DNA of 64,000 nt from Calditrichales bacterium (GTDB lineage Bacteria > Calditrichota > Calditrichia > Calditrichales > J004), in assembly GCA_965267575.1 (NCBI GenBank), contig OZ254086.1:2720001-2784000 (forward strand), in the 5' to 3' direction. The position numbers and the translations under genes were made by a program. Under the pieces are notes generated by a model. It saw only the letters and a program-made list of their open reading frames with translations, made no database searches and was not told where the DNA came from. Position 1 is the first letter of the stretch. Each line of letters starts with the position of its first letter. Shown piece after piece: positions 1 through 10,269 of the stretch.

Positions 1-1788
1 GAATCCGTATCCCAGGCGCAGAATGTGTACAACGCGCTTTATTTTGGCGTGGCCGACACGCTCAATTTCCGCTATGAGATGCGGGAAGAGCCGGAAAGTT
101 TTCAGGCCGACCGTTTCCGGGTGCGGGTGAAGGGCGCCGGTAATGAGGCTTTCCATGAAGAGCAGCGTTTTGAGAACGAATTCATCGAGCTGCTAAATGC
201 CAGCAGCGGCGTGGGGCATGTAAACTTTGTCGCCGACACCGACGGGATTGTACGATCCATCCACCTGTTTACAAACTTCAACGGCAATCTCTATCCGTCG
301 CTGGCTTTCCGCATGTACCTGGATATGGTGAGCGCCGATTCCCTTGTGCTGGAAAATCCGCAGTTGCTGGATATTTATGCCGGGGGCAGTGTCATGCAAT
401 CCATCCCGCTGGACCAGGCCGGCAATATGCGTATCAATTATTACGGCCCCTATAAAACATTCCGCTATATAAGCTTTTACGATGTACTGGAAGACCGGGT
501 TGACTCCACCTATTATGCCGGTAAAACATTTCTCGTGGGTACCAGTCTGGCCGGGCTTTTCGATTTGCGCAACACGCCGGTCCAGCAGGCTTTTCCCGGT
601 GTTGAGATACACGCCAATATTTTAAAGACGCTGTTTGAAAGCGATTTCGTTACGCGCACCAGTGAAGCGGAGACGTTGCTGATCATGGTCGTGCTTGGGG
701 CTTTGCTGGGTGTGGCCATGCTCTACCTGAAACCCGTGTGGAGCATCGTGCTGGTTTTTCTTTTCAGCGGATTGTATGTCTGGATCGTGACGGCCGTTTT
801 CTTTCAAAGCAACCTGTGGGTCGATATGGTGGCGCCGGTGATCACGGTCTTTGTCACCTTCAGTGCTGTGTATATTTACCGTTTTGCCACCGAAGAACGC
901 AAGAAGCGATTTATACGATCCACCTTTTCCCATTTTGTCACCAAATCCGTTGTAGATGAGCTGCTGGCCAACCCGGAAAAAATCAAGCTGGGCGGGGAAA
1001 AGAAAGTATGTACGGTTTTCTTCAGTGACGTGGCCGGCTTTACAACCATATCGGAGCAGCTTAGCCCGGAAGCGCTGGTAAGCCTGCTGAATGATTACCT
1101 GACCCAGATGACCAACATTGTTTTTAAGTACGACGGCATGCTGGACAAATATGAAGGTGATGCTATCATGGCTGTGTTTGGCGCGCCCATCGCCCAGGGC
1201 AACCACGCCTATAACGCCTGTGCCGCAGCCCTGGAGATGCAGGAAACGCTGATCCGCATGCGCGCCTTGTGGCGCAAGCAGGGCAAACCCGAACTGAGCG
1301 CCCGCTGCGGCATCAATACCGGACCGATGGTAGTAGGCAACATGGGCTCCGAAACGCGTTTTGACTATACCGTGATGGGCGATGCCGTGAACCTTGGCGC
1401 GCGCCTTGAGCCTGCCAATAAGGAATATGCCACACGCATCATGATCGGGCCGGATACGTACGAGATGGCCAAAGATAAAATTATTACACGGCAGTTGGAT
1501 TTGTTGCGCGTTAAGGGCAAAACCCAGCCGGTAAAAGTATTTGAACTGGTCGGCACAGTCGAAAAAGGTGTAAATGATGACACCATGCGCCTGTTGGAGC
1601 TATTCAAACGCGGCTTTGATGAATATCTGCAGCAGCACTGGGACTGGGCCATCAATTATTTTGAGCAGGCTTTGAGTATTCGTCCCAAGGACGGCCCATG
1701 CCGGCGTTACATCAAGCGGTGCCGCTTTTTTAAGGAAAATCCCCCGGGAAGTGACTGGGACGGCGTGTTTACGATGAAGACCAAATAG
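1..1788 (+). CDS. CHASE2-domain class III adenylate/guanylate cyclase (5' truncated by window)
   Basis: Frame is open from base 1. CHASE2 motifs (DTDGIVR, PGVEIHANI), 3 TM helices, cyclase motifs FSDVAGFT, DKYEGDAIMA and DYTVMGDAVNLGARLE (ATP-type K/D), C-terminal TPR-like WDGVF tail. Confidence 0.9.
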   Translation, partial: ESVSQAQNVYNALYFGVADTLNFRYEMREEPESFQADRFRVRVKGAGNEAFHEEQRFENEFIELLNASSGVGHVNFVADTDGIVRSIHLFTNFNGNLYPSLAFRMYLDMVSADSLVLENPQLLDIYAGGSVMQSIPLDQAGNMRINYYGPYKTFRYISFYDVLEDRVDSTYYAGKTFLVGTSLAGLFDLRNTPVQQAFPGVEIHANILKTLFESDFVTRTSEAETLLIMVVLGALLGVAMLYLKPVWSIVLVFLFSGLYVWIVTAVFFQSNLWVDMVAPVITVFVTFSAVYIYRFATEERKKRFIRSTFSHFVTKSVVDELLANPEKIKLGGEKKVCTVFFSDVAGFTTISEQLSPEALVSLLNDYLTQMTNIVFKYDGMLDKYEGDAIMAVFGAPIAQGNHAYNACAAALEMQETLIRMRALWRKQGKPELSARCGINTGPMVVGNMGSETRFDYTVMGDAVNLGARLEPANKEYATRIMIGPDTYEMAKDKIITRQLDLLRVKGKTQPVKVFELVGTVEKGVNDDTMRLLELFKRGFDEYLQQHWDWAINYFEQALSIRPKDGPCRRYIKRCRFFKENPPGSDWDGVFTMKTK

Positions 1789-1868
1789 TGTGAATTTGCG
1801 GCCAACCGCTTATAATCGATCATCCTTTTCCGATACTGTGGACAAAGGAAAATTTATAAGCATAGCGG

Positions 1869-3032
1869 ATGAATCCTGCAGATCACACATTACTGGCGGT
1901 AGACGACAACCCGATTAACCTGAAGCTTCTGGCACGCCTGCTGGCCAATACCAAGTTCAACGTACTTACCGCCAGCAACGGCAAAGAAGCGATCGAAGTA
2001 GCACGCAAAGAACACCCCGACCTGGTGCTGCTGGATGTGCTGATGCCGGAAATGGACGGTTACGAAACCTGCAAAATACTCAAGGAAGATCCGCAAACAA
2101 GTCACGTTCCTGTTATTTTTCTTTCCGCCAAAAACGAATCCGTAGACAAGGCCAAGGGGCTCTCGCTGGGCGCGGTGGATTACCTGATCAAGCCTTTTGA
2201 TCCCGTGGAGATTCTGGCCCGTATCCGTCTGCACATCGGTATGCGCAGCGAACTCAGCGAACTACATAAACAGATTGAAGAGTTGGGCGCGGAATTGAAG
2301 AATATGCGCCGCAACGGTAAAGCGGCCGGCCTTAAACCCGAACAGCTGCAATACCTCGACGGTCTCAAACCGACACGTTTCAGCACAACGACCAAATATT
2401 TCCAGGTGGCATCACGCACGCGCTTCAGCGAAGCGCCGCCCACGACTGTTTTTCTGCCTGTGCTCATCAAAGAGCAGCAACTGATCTATCTGATCCTGGG
2501 CGGTTTTAAAAAAGACTACCCTACAAGCGTTGTCCAATCGATGCTGGAAAAATACGCCGCCGGTTACCTTGCCGGTATTGGCAGCAGCTTTGTGGATGAG
2601 CGTAGTCTTAATAGCCTGTTTGAAGCAATCCTGGAAAGCTTTTCCCCCGATATTACCAACGTAGCTTTTACCATCTCGATGGGGCATGTCTTTGCCTCCA
2701 AGTCGGAATTGACCGTGTTTTCTATCCATCAATCAACGCCGCTTATTGTTGACCAGCAGGGTGTTCTGGTGAAAGGCGAATCGATGCCGGTCTGGCTGGA
2801 ATCCAAATATGCACGCATTATCGATGCCCGCAAAATAAGGCTGCCCAAAAAAGCCACCTTGCTAAACTATCTGCGTGGCCGCGCCGTTACCGATGACAAG
2901 ACCTTTGAAGAATTTTGTCTGCAGCACGTGAATAAAGAAAACGGCGATGCTCAGGAAATCGTCGACCGCATTTACAACAACCTTCCCGAGAATAAAAGCG
3001 ACCAGCTGGTGTGCGCCATTAAGCTGGTTTAG
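1869..3032 (+). CDS. Response regulator: REC + coiled coil + degenerate PP2C/SpoIIE-like output domain
   Basis: Intact REC (VDD, LLDVLMPEMDG, FLSA, KPF). The C-terminus resembles SpoIIE but lacks the catalytic Asp motifs. Confidence 0.75.
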   Translation: MNPADHTLLAVDDNPINLKLLARLLANTKFNVLTASNGKEAIEVARKEHPDLVLLDVLMPEMDGYETCKILKEDPQTSHVPVIFLSAKNESVDKAKGLSLGAVDYLIKPFDPVEILARIRLHIGMRSELSELHKQIEELGAELKNMRRNGKAAGLKPEQLQYLDGLKPTRFSTTTKYFQVASRTRFSEAPPTTVFLPVLIKEQQLIYLILGGFKKDYPTSVVQSMLEKYAAGYLAGIGSSFVDERSLNSLFEAILESFSPDITNVAFTISMGHVFASKSELTVFSIHQSTPLIVDQQGVLVKGESMPVWLESKYARIIDARKIRLPKKATLLNYLRGRAVTDDKTFEEFCLQHVNKENGDAQEIVDRIYNNLPENKSDQLVCAIKLV

Positions 3033-3159
3033 ACCCCCAATCGACTCCTTGAAGCATAAAAGCCATCCTTAATTTATTTCAAAATCTCTCCCCCCTGATA
3101 TGTACGCAGATACTGAAACGGGTTCAGCATGATGCCGTCGGAAAACTCACTGCTCTGCC

Positions 3160-3188
3160 TTGCTTTTGCCGGTTGGTCACACTACATT
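3160..3188 (+). promoter_or_regulatory. Sigma70-type promoter for DUF512-der operon
   Basis: TTGCTT-N17-TACATT. Confidence 0.55.
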
Positions 3189-3217
3189 ACCCGGCTTTCT
3201 GAAAACATAAGGTGTAG

Positions 3218-4534
3218 ATGGTAACCATAACCGATATTGAGCCCGGCAGCATAGCCGAGGAACTGGAAATACAAAGCGGCGACATCCTGCTCGCCATCAA
3301 CGGCAAAGAGATATCCGATCGCCTCGATTACCGCTTTCAGCAGAGCGCGGAGGAGATCGAGGTGCATATACGCCGTGGCGAAGAAGAGATCCTCTTTGAG
3401 ATAGAAAAAGATAACGACGAGGACATGGGCCTGATTCTGGAAGAGATGAAGATGATGGCCTGCGGCAATAACTGCGTTTTCTGCTTCGTCTACCAAAACC
3501 CCAAAGGCATGCGCAAGCCGCTCTATTTTAAGGATGAAGACTACCGCTACTCCTTCATGTACGGCCATTATGTCACCATGACCACCATGCAGCAGCACGA
3601 CCTGGAGCGGATTGTTGAGCAGCGGCTTTCACCTCTCTACATCTCCGTGCACTCCACCGAGCCGGATACGCGCAAATTTCTGCTGGGTATTAAAAAAGAC
3701 GATCACCTGCTGGAGAAAATGGAATACCTCACCAGCCGCGGCATTGAGCTGAATACGCAGATTGTGCTGGTGCCCGGCGTAAACGACGGCGCTATTTTTG
3801 ACCGTACCGTAAATGACCTGAAACAATTTTTCCCCGGTGTGCAGTCCATTGCCGTTGTGCCGGTGGGCTTAACGCGTCACCGTGCCCGTTTGGTGCCCTT
3901 GCGCATGCACACACCGGAAGAGCTGTCCGAGACGATTGAGTTTGTGGAAGAACGCCGCCAAAAGCTGAAAAAAGAACTGGGCATTCATTTCGTTTATCTC
4001 TCCGATGAATTTTTTATCAAGGCGCGCCATCCCATGCCGCCCGCCGAATACTACGACGAATTTTATCAGATCGAGAACGGTGTGGGCGAATTCCGCGAAA
4101 TGATCGATCGTTTTCAGCACGACTACAAAAAGCTGCCCAAAAAGCTGGACCGTCCCGTGCGGCTGACCTGGGTAACCGGGGCTTTGGCCTATCGCAGCCT
4201 GCTGCAAAATGTTGTGGAGCCGCTTAATCAAATTGAGAATCTGCAGATTGACCTGGTGCCGGTAATCAACAAATGGTACGGGCCCTCGATACAGGTTTCC
4301 GGACTGCTGGTTGCGGAAGATATTCTTGCCCAGCTGCGCGAACGTCATGTTGGCGACGCGGTCTTCCTGCCGCCGCGCGTGTTGAACGACGACGGTCTTT
4401 TCCTGGACGACTGGACGCTGCCGCGTCTGGAAGAAGCCCTGCAGAAGCCCTGCCATGTCTACAAAGAAGAGTTTTACGAACTGCCCGACGTGATTGAAAA
4501 AGTGTGCTGGCAAAAGAGCGAAATCCCCGGCTGA
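3218..4534 (+). CDS. PDZ + radical-SAM-like DUF512 protein (TIGR03279-like)
   Basis: N-terminal PDZ (IEPGSIAEEL..GDILLAING), CxxxCxxC motif CGNNCVFC, KDEDYRYSF, YQIENGVG. Confidence 0.85.
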   Translation: MVTITDIEPGSIAEELEIQSGDILLAINGKEISDRLDYRFQQSAEEIEVHIRRGEEEILFEIEKDNDEDMGLILEEMKMMACGNNCVFCFVYQNPKGMRKPLYFKDEDYRYSFMYGHYVTMTTMQQHDLERIVEQRLSPLYISVHSTEPDTRKFLLGIKKDDHLLEKMEYLTSRGIELNTQIVLVPGVNDGAIFDRTVNDLKQFFPGVQSIAVVPVGLTRHRARLVPLRMHTPEELSETIEFVEERRQKLKKELGIHFVYLSDEFFIKARHPMPPAEYYDEFYQIENGVGEFREMIDRFQHDYKKLPKKLDRPVRLTWVTGALAYRSLLQNVVEPLNQIENLQIDLVPVINKWYGPSIQVSGLLVAEDILAQLRERHVGDAVFLPPRVLNDDGLFLDDWTLPRLEEALQKPCHVYKEEFYELPDVIEKVCWQKSEIPG

Positions 4535-4566
4535 AACAGTCTTGCAAAAGGAATTGAAGTAATCTT

Positions 4567-5877
4567 ATGAGTGAACCGATTGTTGCCATCGTCGGCCGCC
4601 CCAATGTTGGCAAATCCACCCTGTTTAACCGCCTTACCGGCACGCGCCAGGCCATCGTGGATGACGCGCCCGGTGTAACCCGCGACCGCAATTACGGCCA
4701 TGTGGAATGGAACGGCCAGCGCTTTGCCCTGATCGATACGGGCGGTTTGCTGCCGGAATCCAAAGAACTGATGGACGCGGCGATCCGCGAGCAGGTGGAA
4801 ATTGCCATGTCCGAAAGCGACCTGGTGCTGTTCGTGGTGGACGCCCAAACCGAGATTACCGATGCTGATGAACAGATAGCGCGCCTGTTGCGACGCAACA
4901 ATCAGCCTGTAATTGTTACCGTGAACAAAGTAGACACCGCCGAGCGCGAGACAGACAGTGTTGTCTACAATCGCCTTGGCCTGGGCGAACCAAGCCCGGT
5001 TTCCGCCATGAAAGGGCGGGGCAGCGGCGATTTCCTGGATCGTGTTGTTCAGCTTCTGCGCAAAAGCGCCCCCCGCGATGAACAATTTGAAGGCATCAAG
5101 CTGGCCGTTATCGGCAAGGAAAATGTCGGCAAATCCTCGCTGGTAAACACCCTGCTGGAGAAGAGCCGCGCCATCGTTACCGATATCCCCGGCACCACCC
5201 GTGATTCCATCGACAGCCTGCTGCGTTTTCAAAAACGCGACTACCTGCTGATCGACACGGCCGGTTTAAAGCGCAAAGCCAAGATCAAAGAAAACATCCT
5301 TTTTTACAGCAGCCTGCGGACCATGCGCAGCATCCAACGCGCCGACGTGATTTTCTACATGGTGGATGTGGCCGAAGGGTTGTCCAAACAGGATGTGCAC
5401 ATGCTGAATGAAGTGAGCAAACAGCGTAAGGGCTGCGTGCTTTTAATGAACAAATGGGACCTTGTTGAAAAAGACCACAAAACCATAAATGAATTCCGCC
5501 TGGCTGTCGATGAGAGGTTGGGGCTGTTAAAATTTATTCCGATGATGTTTGTATCCGTCAAGGAAAAACAGCGTCTACATAAAGCGCTGGAGATGGCCAC
5601 GGAAGTCTATGAGCAACTGCACCGCCGCATAAGCACACGTGAGTTGAACGACTATTTCCGCCCGATAATAGATGAAACGCAGCCGCCGGCGGTAAAGGGC
5701 AAGGAAATAAAGATCAACTATATCACGCAGATCCCGGCACGTTTCCCGCTGTTCGCTTTTTTCTGCAACCATCCGCGGCTGATACAGGAGCCGTACCGCC
5801 GTTTCCTGGAGAACAAGCTGCGGGAACGATACGGCTTCGTGGGCGTTCCGGTTGTGTTGTCGTTCCGCCAAAAGTAA
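4567..5877 (+). CDS. der: Ribosome biogenesis GTPase Der (EngA)
   Basis: Two tandem G-domains (GRPNVGKS..DTGG..NKVD; GKENVGKS..DTAG..NKWD) plus KH-like tail. Confidence 0.97.
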   Translation: MSEPIVAIVGRPNVGKSTLFNRLTGTRQAIVDDAPGVTRDRNYGHVEWNGQRFALIDTGGLLPESKELMDAAIREQVEIAMSESDLVLFVVDAQTEITDADEQIARLLRRNNQPVIVTVNKVDTAERETDSVVYNRLGLGEPSPVSAMKGRGSGDFLDRVVQLLRKSAPRDEQFEGIKLAVIGKENVGKSSLVNTLLEKSRAIVTDIPGTTRDSIDSLLRFQKRDYLLIDTAGLKRKAKIKENILFYSSLRTMRSIQRADVIFYMVDVAEGLSKQDVHMLNEVSKQRKGCVLLMNKWDLVEKDHKTINEFRLAVDERLGLLKFIPMMFVSVKEKQRLHKALEMATEVYEQLHRRISTRELNDYFRPIIDETQPPAVKGKEIKINYITQIPARFPLFAFFCNHPRLIQEPYRRFLENKLRERYGFVGVPVVLSFRQK

Positions 5878-5886
5878 CGGAGAGCC

Positions 5887-7554
5887 ATGCGTTTAAAGCC
5901 ATTTATTGCAGCGATTGTCTTATTGGCCGCTGTTGTGTATGTGCCGGCCCAGCAGGTTTCGCAGGAAAACGCGCAGGTCGTGGAATACATCAAGCGCTAC
6001 CTTAATGCCGACCAGCTTGATCCCCACATGATCCATGGTTTTGCCGGTCAGGCGGCCCGTTTGCACTACCGTGACAGTATTGCCGCTGTCACAGGCCAGG
6101 GTTTGCGCGTTGAAGCTTACACCGAGCCGTCACGCCAATTCTTCCACCTTTCACCTTCCGGCCACTTCCGCCTGCACTACGACATCACTGGCTCTCACGC
6201 CGTTGACCAGGATGATCTGGACAACAACGGCATCCCCGATTTTATCGATACTGCCGCCGTGGTTTTTGACCATGTCTGGGACATAGAAATCAACCAGCTT
6301 GGTTTCCAGCGGCCGCTGGACGAAGATGGCAATCCGGTCAATACCTATGATGTCTATTTTTCCGATCTGTCTTCGGGGCTTTACGGGCTCACCGTTTTTA
6401 AAACAGGTAGCGACGGCCTTCCCGCCGATGTCAGTACGCGGCCCGGTACGCAGTTTTCCACCTACATTGAAATGGACCATAACTTCCGCAGCAGCGGTCT
6501 TTATACACGCGGTCTGGATGCGTTGCTGGTGACCGCCGCCCACGAGTTCAACCACGCGTTGCAGCTCGGCTACCGCGTCGATTTGCAGGAGGACTTTTTC
6601 TTTTACGAAGCCACCTCAACCTGGCTGGAAGAATACGTGTATGACCACATCAATGACTATTATCAGTATCTTCCCGGCCTGTTCAACGGTTTGCAGAGTG
6701 TGCCGTTTACAACGTCAAGCTTCCCATATCCCTACGCGCACGGGCTGTTTTGTAACATGATCGCCAGCCAGTACGGGCCGGAGATCGTTTCAGGCTTCTG
6801 GCGGCGCATAGAGGATGAATCCGCCGTCGACGCTATCAACAGCGTTTTACAAAACAGGGGATCGTCTTTTTCTGAAGCGCACAACGACTACGGCCGCTGG
6901 CTCTATTTTACCGGTAAGCGTGCCATTGACGGGTTCTTCTTCCCGGAAGCTGCCCAATATCCCGAGCTGACTGTTTTTAACCGCAACAAATACGACGTCT
7001 TTGGCCCGCTCGATTTAACGACCGACGTAGGCAGGCTGAGCTACACTTTTCTTGCTTTGAATGATGTGTTGCCGTTTCGCCAGCAAGCCCGTGCCCGCGT
7101 CGAAAACGGCCAGGTCAGCGGCCGCTACAGCCATTTTTCCATAAACGACTTTCAACGTCCCTCCGTGCCGCTCGGCAATGCGCAAATCATTGATCCCGTG
7201 GTGCCGGATACGGTTACGCTGCTTATCTCCAACGCGGATGACTTTCCGCAGACGGTTTTTTTTACCATGCAGCCGGATACCATCGCGCCCAGCAGCATTG
7301 GTCCTAATCCTGTAAATATCAGCAGGGGGCAGGAAAAGGCCTACTTTTACAACATCCCCGCCGACGCTACGATCTCGGTTTATAACATGAATGGCCGGCC
7401 CTTGCGTGTCTTACAAAACGGCGGCGCCGCACGCAGCCAGATAGCGTGGGATCTGCGCGACTACAACGGCGAGCTGTTAAGCAGTGGCATTTATATCTAT
7501 GTCATACAGGGCGGCGGAACACAAAAACAGGGCAAATTTGCTGTTATCCGTTAA
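5887..7554 (+). CDS. Secreted putative zinc metalloprotease (MXAN_6640-like) with T9SS/FlgD-like C-terminal sorting domain
   Basis: Signal peptide; HEFNH plus downstream EATSTW; C-terminal PNP..VYNMNG..WDLRD..SSGIYIY..GKFAVIR. Confidence 0.75.
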   Translation: MRLKPFIAAIVLLAAVVYVPAQQVSQENAQVVEYIKRYLNADQLDPHMIHGFAGQAARLHYRDSIAAVTGQGLRVEAYTEPSRQFFHLSPSGHFRLHYDITGSHAVDQDDLDNNGIPDFIDTAAVVFDHVWDIEINQLGFQRPLDEDGNPVNTYDVYFSDLSSGLYGLTVFKTGSDGLPADVSTRPGTQFSTYIEMDHNFRSSGLYTRGLDALLVTAAHEFNHALQLGYRVDLQEDFFFYEATSTWLEEYVYDHINDYYQYLPGLFNGLQSVPFTTSSFPYPYAHGLFCNMIASQYGPEIVSGFWRRIEDESAVDAINSVLQNRGSSFSEAHNDYGRWLYFTGKRAIDGFFFPEAAQYPELTVFNRNKYDVFGPLDLTTDVGRLSYTFLALNDVLPFRQQARARVENGQVSGRYSHFSINDFQRPSVPLGNAQIIDPVVPDTVTLLISNADDFPQTVFFTMQPDTIAPSSIGPNPVNISRGQEKAYFYNIPADATISVYNMNGRPLRVLQNGGAARSQIAWDLRDYNGELLSSGIYIYVIQGGGTQKQGKFAVIR

Positions 7555-8537
7555 TGCTGTTACGATTCATTTTACTGATATTGATCCCTCTCCCCGCGCT
7601 ACCCGCCTCTTCATGGGAAAATGAAGTCATCAACCTGACCATCCATGCCCGTTTTCAGGATGCTGACAGCCTTCTCAACGCACAAAAAAAAGAGTATCCG
7701 CTTAAGGCCGCTTTCTACACGGCTTCCATGCTCAATTCGCGCATGACCCATTATGAAGACAGCAGCGGGGCCCGGCGCTTTCTCACGGTGCTGGATGACG
7801 TTATCACCTGGAGTAACGATTCATTGGAACGGGCGGGTTTGAGCGTGGCCAATGAAGCGCGGTTTTATTTTTACATGGGCAGCGCATACGGTTTCCGCGC
7901 CTATTTTGGCGGCAAGAATGGTCAATGGGTGGCGGCGTTGCGCGATGGTGCGCTGGCCCGGCGCTACCTGAACAAAGCAATCGAAAAGGACAGCACGCTT
8001 TATGACGCGTATCTTGGAATCGGGACGTATAAATACTGGCTCAGCACTAAGGTGAGCTGGGTGCCGCTTGTACCCGATATGCGCGATGAGGGCATAGAGT
8101 TGGTGCAGAAAACAGCGCAACATGCCTGCCCCAGTCGCGATCTGGCCCGGCATCAGCTGGTTTATATTCTGCTGGATTATGGGCATTACGATCAGGCCCT
8201 GGCCATCGCCGAGGATCTGGTCGCCCGTTATCCGGAAAGTATCTTTATGAACTGGGCCTATTCCCACGTCAAAATGAAAATGCGCCGCTACGATGAAGCG
8301 ATCGCCGCTTATGAAAAAATATTGGCGCTGGTTGCCGCCGAAAAAAAGCCCAACCCCAACCACGAACGCACCGCTTTGATCCGTATGGCGGACATGTACG
8401 CCCGTGCCGGCGATTGTGCCAATGCTCGCCTGTTTCTGCAAAAAACAGAAGAACATTTTGACGGCTTTTCCGGCGCCAACGATGATGAAGTACAGCAACT
8501 GAGCCAACGCATCCGGACGATGTGCGCGAAGCCGTAA
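7554..8537 (+). CDS. Exported tetratricopeptide-repeat protein
   Basis: ATG overlaps the upstream TAA (TAATG); signal peptide; TPR-like helices (DAYLGIG, YDQALA, YDEAIAAYEK). Confidence 0.7.
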   Translation: MLLRFILLILIPLPALPASSWENEVINLTIHARFQDADSLLNAQKKEYPLKAAFYTASMLNSRMTHYEDSSGARRFLTVLDDVITWSNDSLERAGLSVANEARFYFYMGSAYGFRAYFGGKNGQWVAALRDGALARRYLNKAIEKDSTLYDAYLGIGTYKYWLSTKVSWVPLVPDMRDEGIELVQKTAQHACPSRDLARHQLVYILLDYGHYDQALAIAEDLVARYPESIFMNWAYSHVKMKMRRYDEAIAAYEKILALVAAEKKPNPNHERTALIRMADMYARAGDCANARLFLQKTEEHFDGFSGANDDEVQQLSQRIRTMCAKP

Positions 8538-8554
8538 TCGCCTGCTCCTTTACC

Positions 8555-8583
8555 TTGATTTAAAGAGGCGGTACCTTTAAATT
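8555..8583 (+). promoter_or_regulatory. Sigma70-type promoter upstream of parA
   Basis: TTGATT-N17-TAAATT. Confidence 0.5.
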
Positions 8584-8640
8584 CGCGATTCCGCTTTTTG
8601 AAAAACGTAACTTATTCAGCGACTAAAAACGCAGGTATAC

Positions 8641-9408
8641 ATGGCAAAAATTATAGCTATAACGAACCAAAAAGGCGGTGTTGGTAAGACCACTACTGCC
8701 ATTAATCTTAGCAGCTGCATTGCTGTTGCCGAAAAACAGACGCTTCTGATAGATATGGACCCGCAGGCCAATGCCACCAGCGGTTTGGGCGTAAACCCGG
8801 AAGAGCAGGAACTGACCTCATACGAAGTGCTGATTGACGGCAAAAACATCGACGGCAACACGATAAAAACCACGGTGCCCAACCTGGAGCTTCTGCCGTC
8901 GCATATCCGACTTGTCGGGGCGGAGGTGGAGCTGGTGTCGGCAGCCTCGCGTGAGCACAGGCTAAAAGAAAAGCTGGATGCCATCCGCGACAAGTATGAT
9001 TACATTTTTGTGGACTGCCCGCCCTCGCTTGGTCTGCTGACGCTTAATGCACTTTCTGCCGCCGATTCTGTTTTGATTCCCATTCAGTGTGAGTATTACG
9101 CGCTGGAAGGATTGTCGCAGTTGTTGAATACCATTCATCTCGTGCAGAAAAACCTTAACAAAAACCTGCAGATTGAAGGCGTATTGTTGACCATGTACGA
9201 CAATCGCCTGAACCTGTGTAACCAGGTAGCCGGCGAGGTGCGTGATTATTTCAAGGAAAAAGTCTATAAAACGATGATCAGCAGGAACGTGCGTCTTGGT
9301 GAAGCGCCCAGTTTCGGCAAGCCCGTCATCATGTATGATGCTGTTTGTATCGGCAGTCAAAACTATATGAATCTGGCCGAGGAAGTCCTAAGTGAAAAAA
9401 ACAAATAG
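8641..9408 (+). CDS. parA: Chromosome partitioning ATPase ParA/Soj
   Basis: Deviant Walker A NQKGGVGKTTT, DMDPQANAT, DCPPSLG, QCEYYALEG. Confidence 0.97.
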   Translation: MAKIIAITNQKGGVGKTTTAINLSSCIAVAEKQTLLIDMDPQANATSGLGVNPEEQELTSYEVLIDGKNIDGNTIKTTVPNLELLPSHIRLVGAEVELVSAASREHRLKEKLDAIRDKYDYIFVDCPPSLGLLTLNALSAADSVLIPIQCEYYALEGLSQLLNTIHLVQKNLNKNLQIEGVLLTMYDNRLNLCNQVAGEVRDYFKEKVYKTMISRNVRLGEAPSFGKPVIMYDAVCIGSQNYMNLAEEVLSEKNK

Positions 9409-10264
9409 ACTGGGCCGGGGCCTGAGCGCTCTGATCCCCGAGAAAGAAAACCAGGCACCGCCACCTTCCGAAGACGCCAAACTGGCCGAAATAGACGTCT
9501 ACCTTATTCGGCCCAACCCCTACCAGCCGCGACTCGAATTTGACCCCGTAGCTCTGCAGGAGCTTAAATCATCCATAGAAGAAAAAGGCGTAATACAGCC
9601 TTTAACCGTGCGCCGCGTGGATGACCATTTTGAGCTGATATCGGGTGAACGCCGGCTGCGCGCAGTAACCGAGATCGGCCTGGATAAGGTCCCCTGTTAC
9701 ATCCTGAAGGTGGACACCAAGGAAGAGATGCTGGAAATGGCGATCGTGGAAAACGTTCAGCGCGAGCATCTCAATCCCATTGAACAGGCCATTGCCTATC
9801 AGCGCCTTATAGATGAATGCAATCTCACCCAGGACGATGTAGCTAAAAAGATCGGCAAGGACCGTAGCACCATTACCAACACGATTCGCCTTTTGCGTTT
9901 GCCGGGAGCAATTCAGGACAGTGTGCGTAAGAGCGACATAAGCATGGGCCACGCGCGGACACTGCTGGCTGTGGATAACGAAAAGGTGCAAAAAAAATTG
10001 TGGAAGAAGATCCTTAACGAAAGTTTGTCTGTAAGGCGCCTGGAGCAGTTGGTTAAGGACAATCAAAATAAGAGTAAACCGGCGCCTAAAAAACCTGCGC
10101 GGCGTTCCGTGTTTGTGCAGAAAGTAGAAGAAAATTTACGCGAAGTATTGGGCACAAAAGTTTCCCTGCGACCACGACGTGAAGGCGGTTTGATAGAGGT
10201 GGAGTTTTATTCGCCTGAAGACCTGAATCGCCTGATTGAGTTGTTCGAAAAAATAAAAGATTGA
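9392..10264 (+). CDS. parB: Chromosome partitioning protein ParB/Spo0J
   Basis: LGRGLSAL N-terminal peptide, PNPYQPR, GERRLRA box, ENVQRE, HTH. Confidence 0.97.
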   Translation: MKKTNRLGRGLSALIPEKENQAPPPSEDAKLAEIDVYLIRPNPYQPRLEFDPVALQELKSSIEEKGVIQPLTVRRVDDHFELISGERRLRAVTEIGLDKVPCYILKVDTKEEMLEMAIVENVQREHLNPIEQAIAYQRLIDECNLTQDDVAKKIGKDRSTITNTIRLLRLPGAIQDSVRKSDISMGHARTLLAVDNEKVQKKLWKKILNESLSVRRLEQLVKDNQNKSKPAPKKPARRSVFVQKVEENLREVLGTKVSLRPRREGGLIEVEFYSPEDLNRLIELFEKIKD

Positions 10265-10269
10265 GACAA

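Noticed and set aside
7446..7553. Extended 5' starts in the ORF track (also 29584, 32767, 40073, 46091, 48505)
   Set aside because: Downstream starts have better SDs, stop-start coupling or family-typical N-termini; some of the extensions overlap promoters or terminators.
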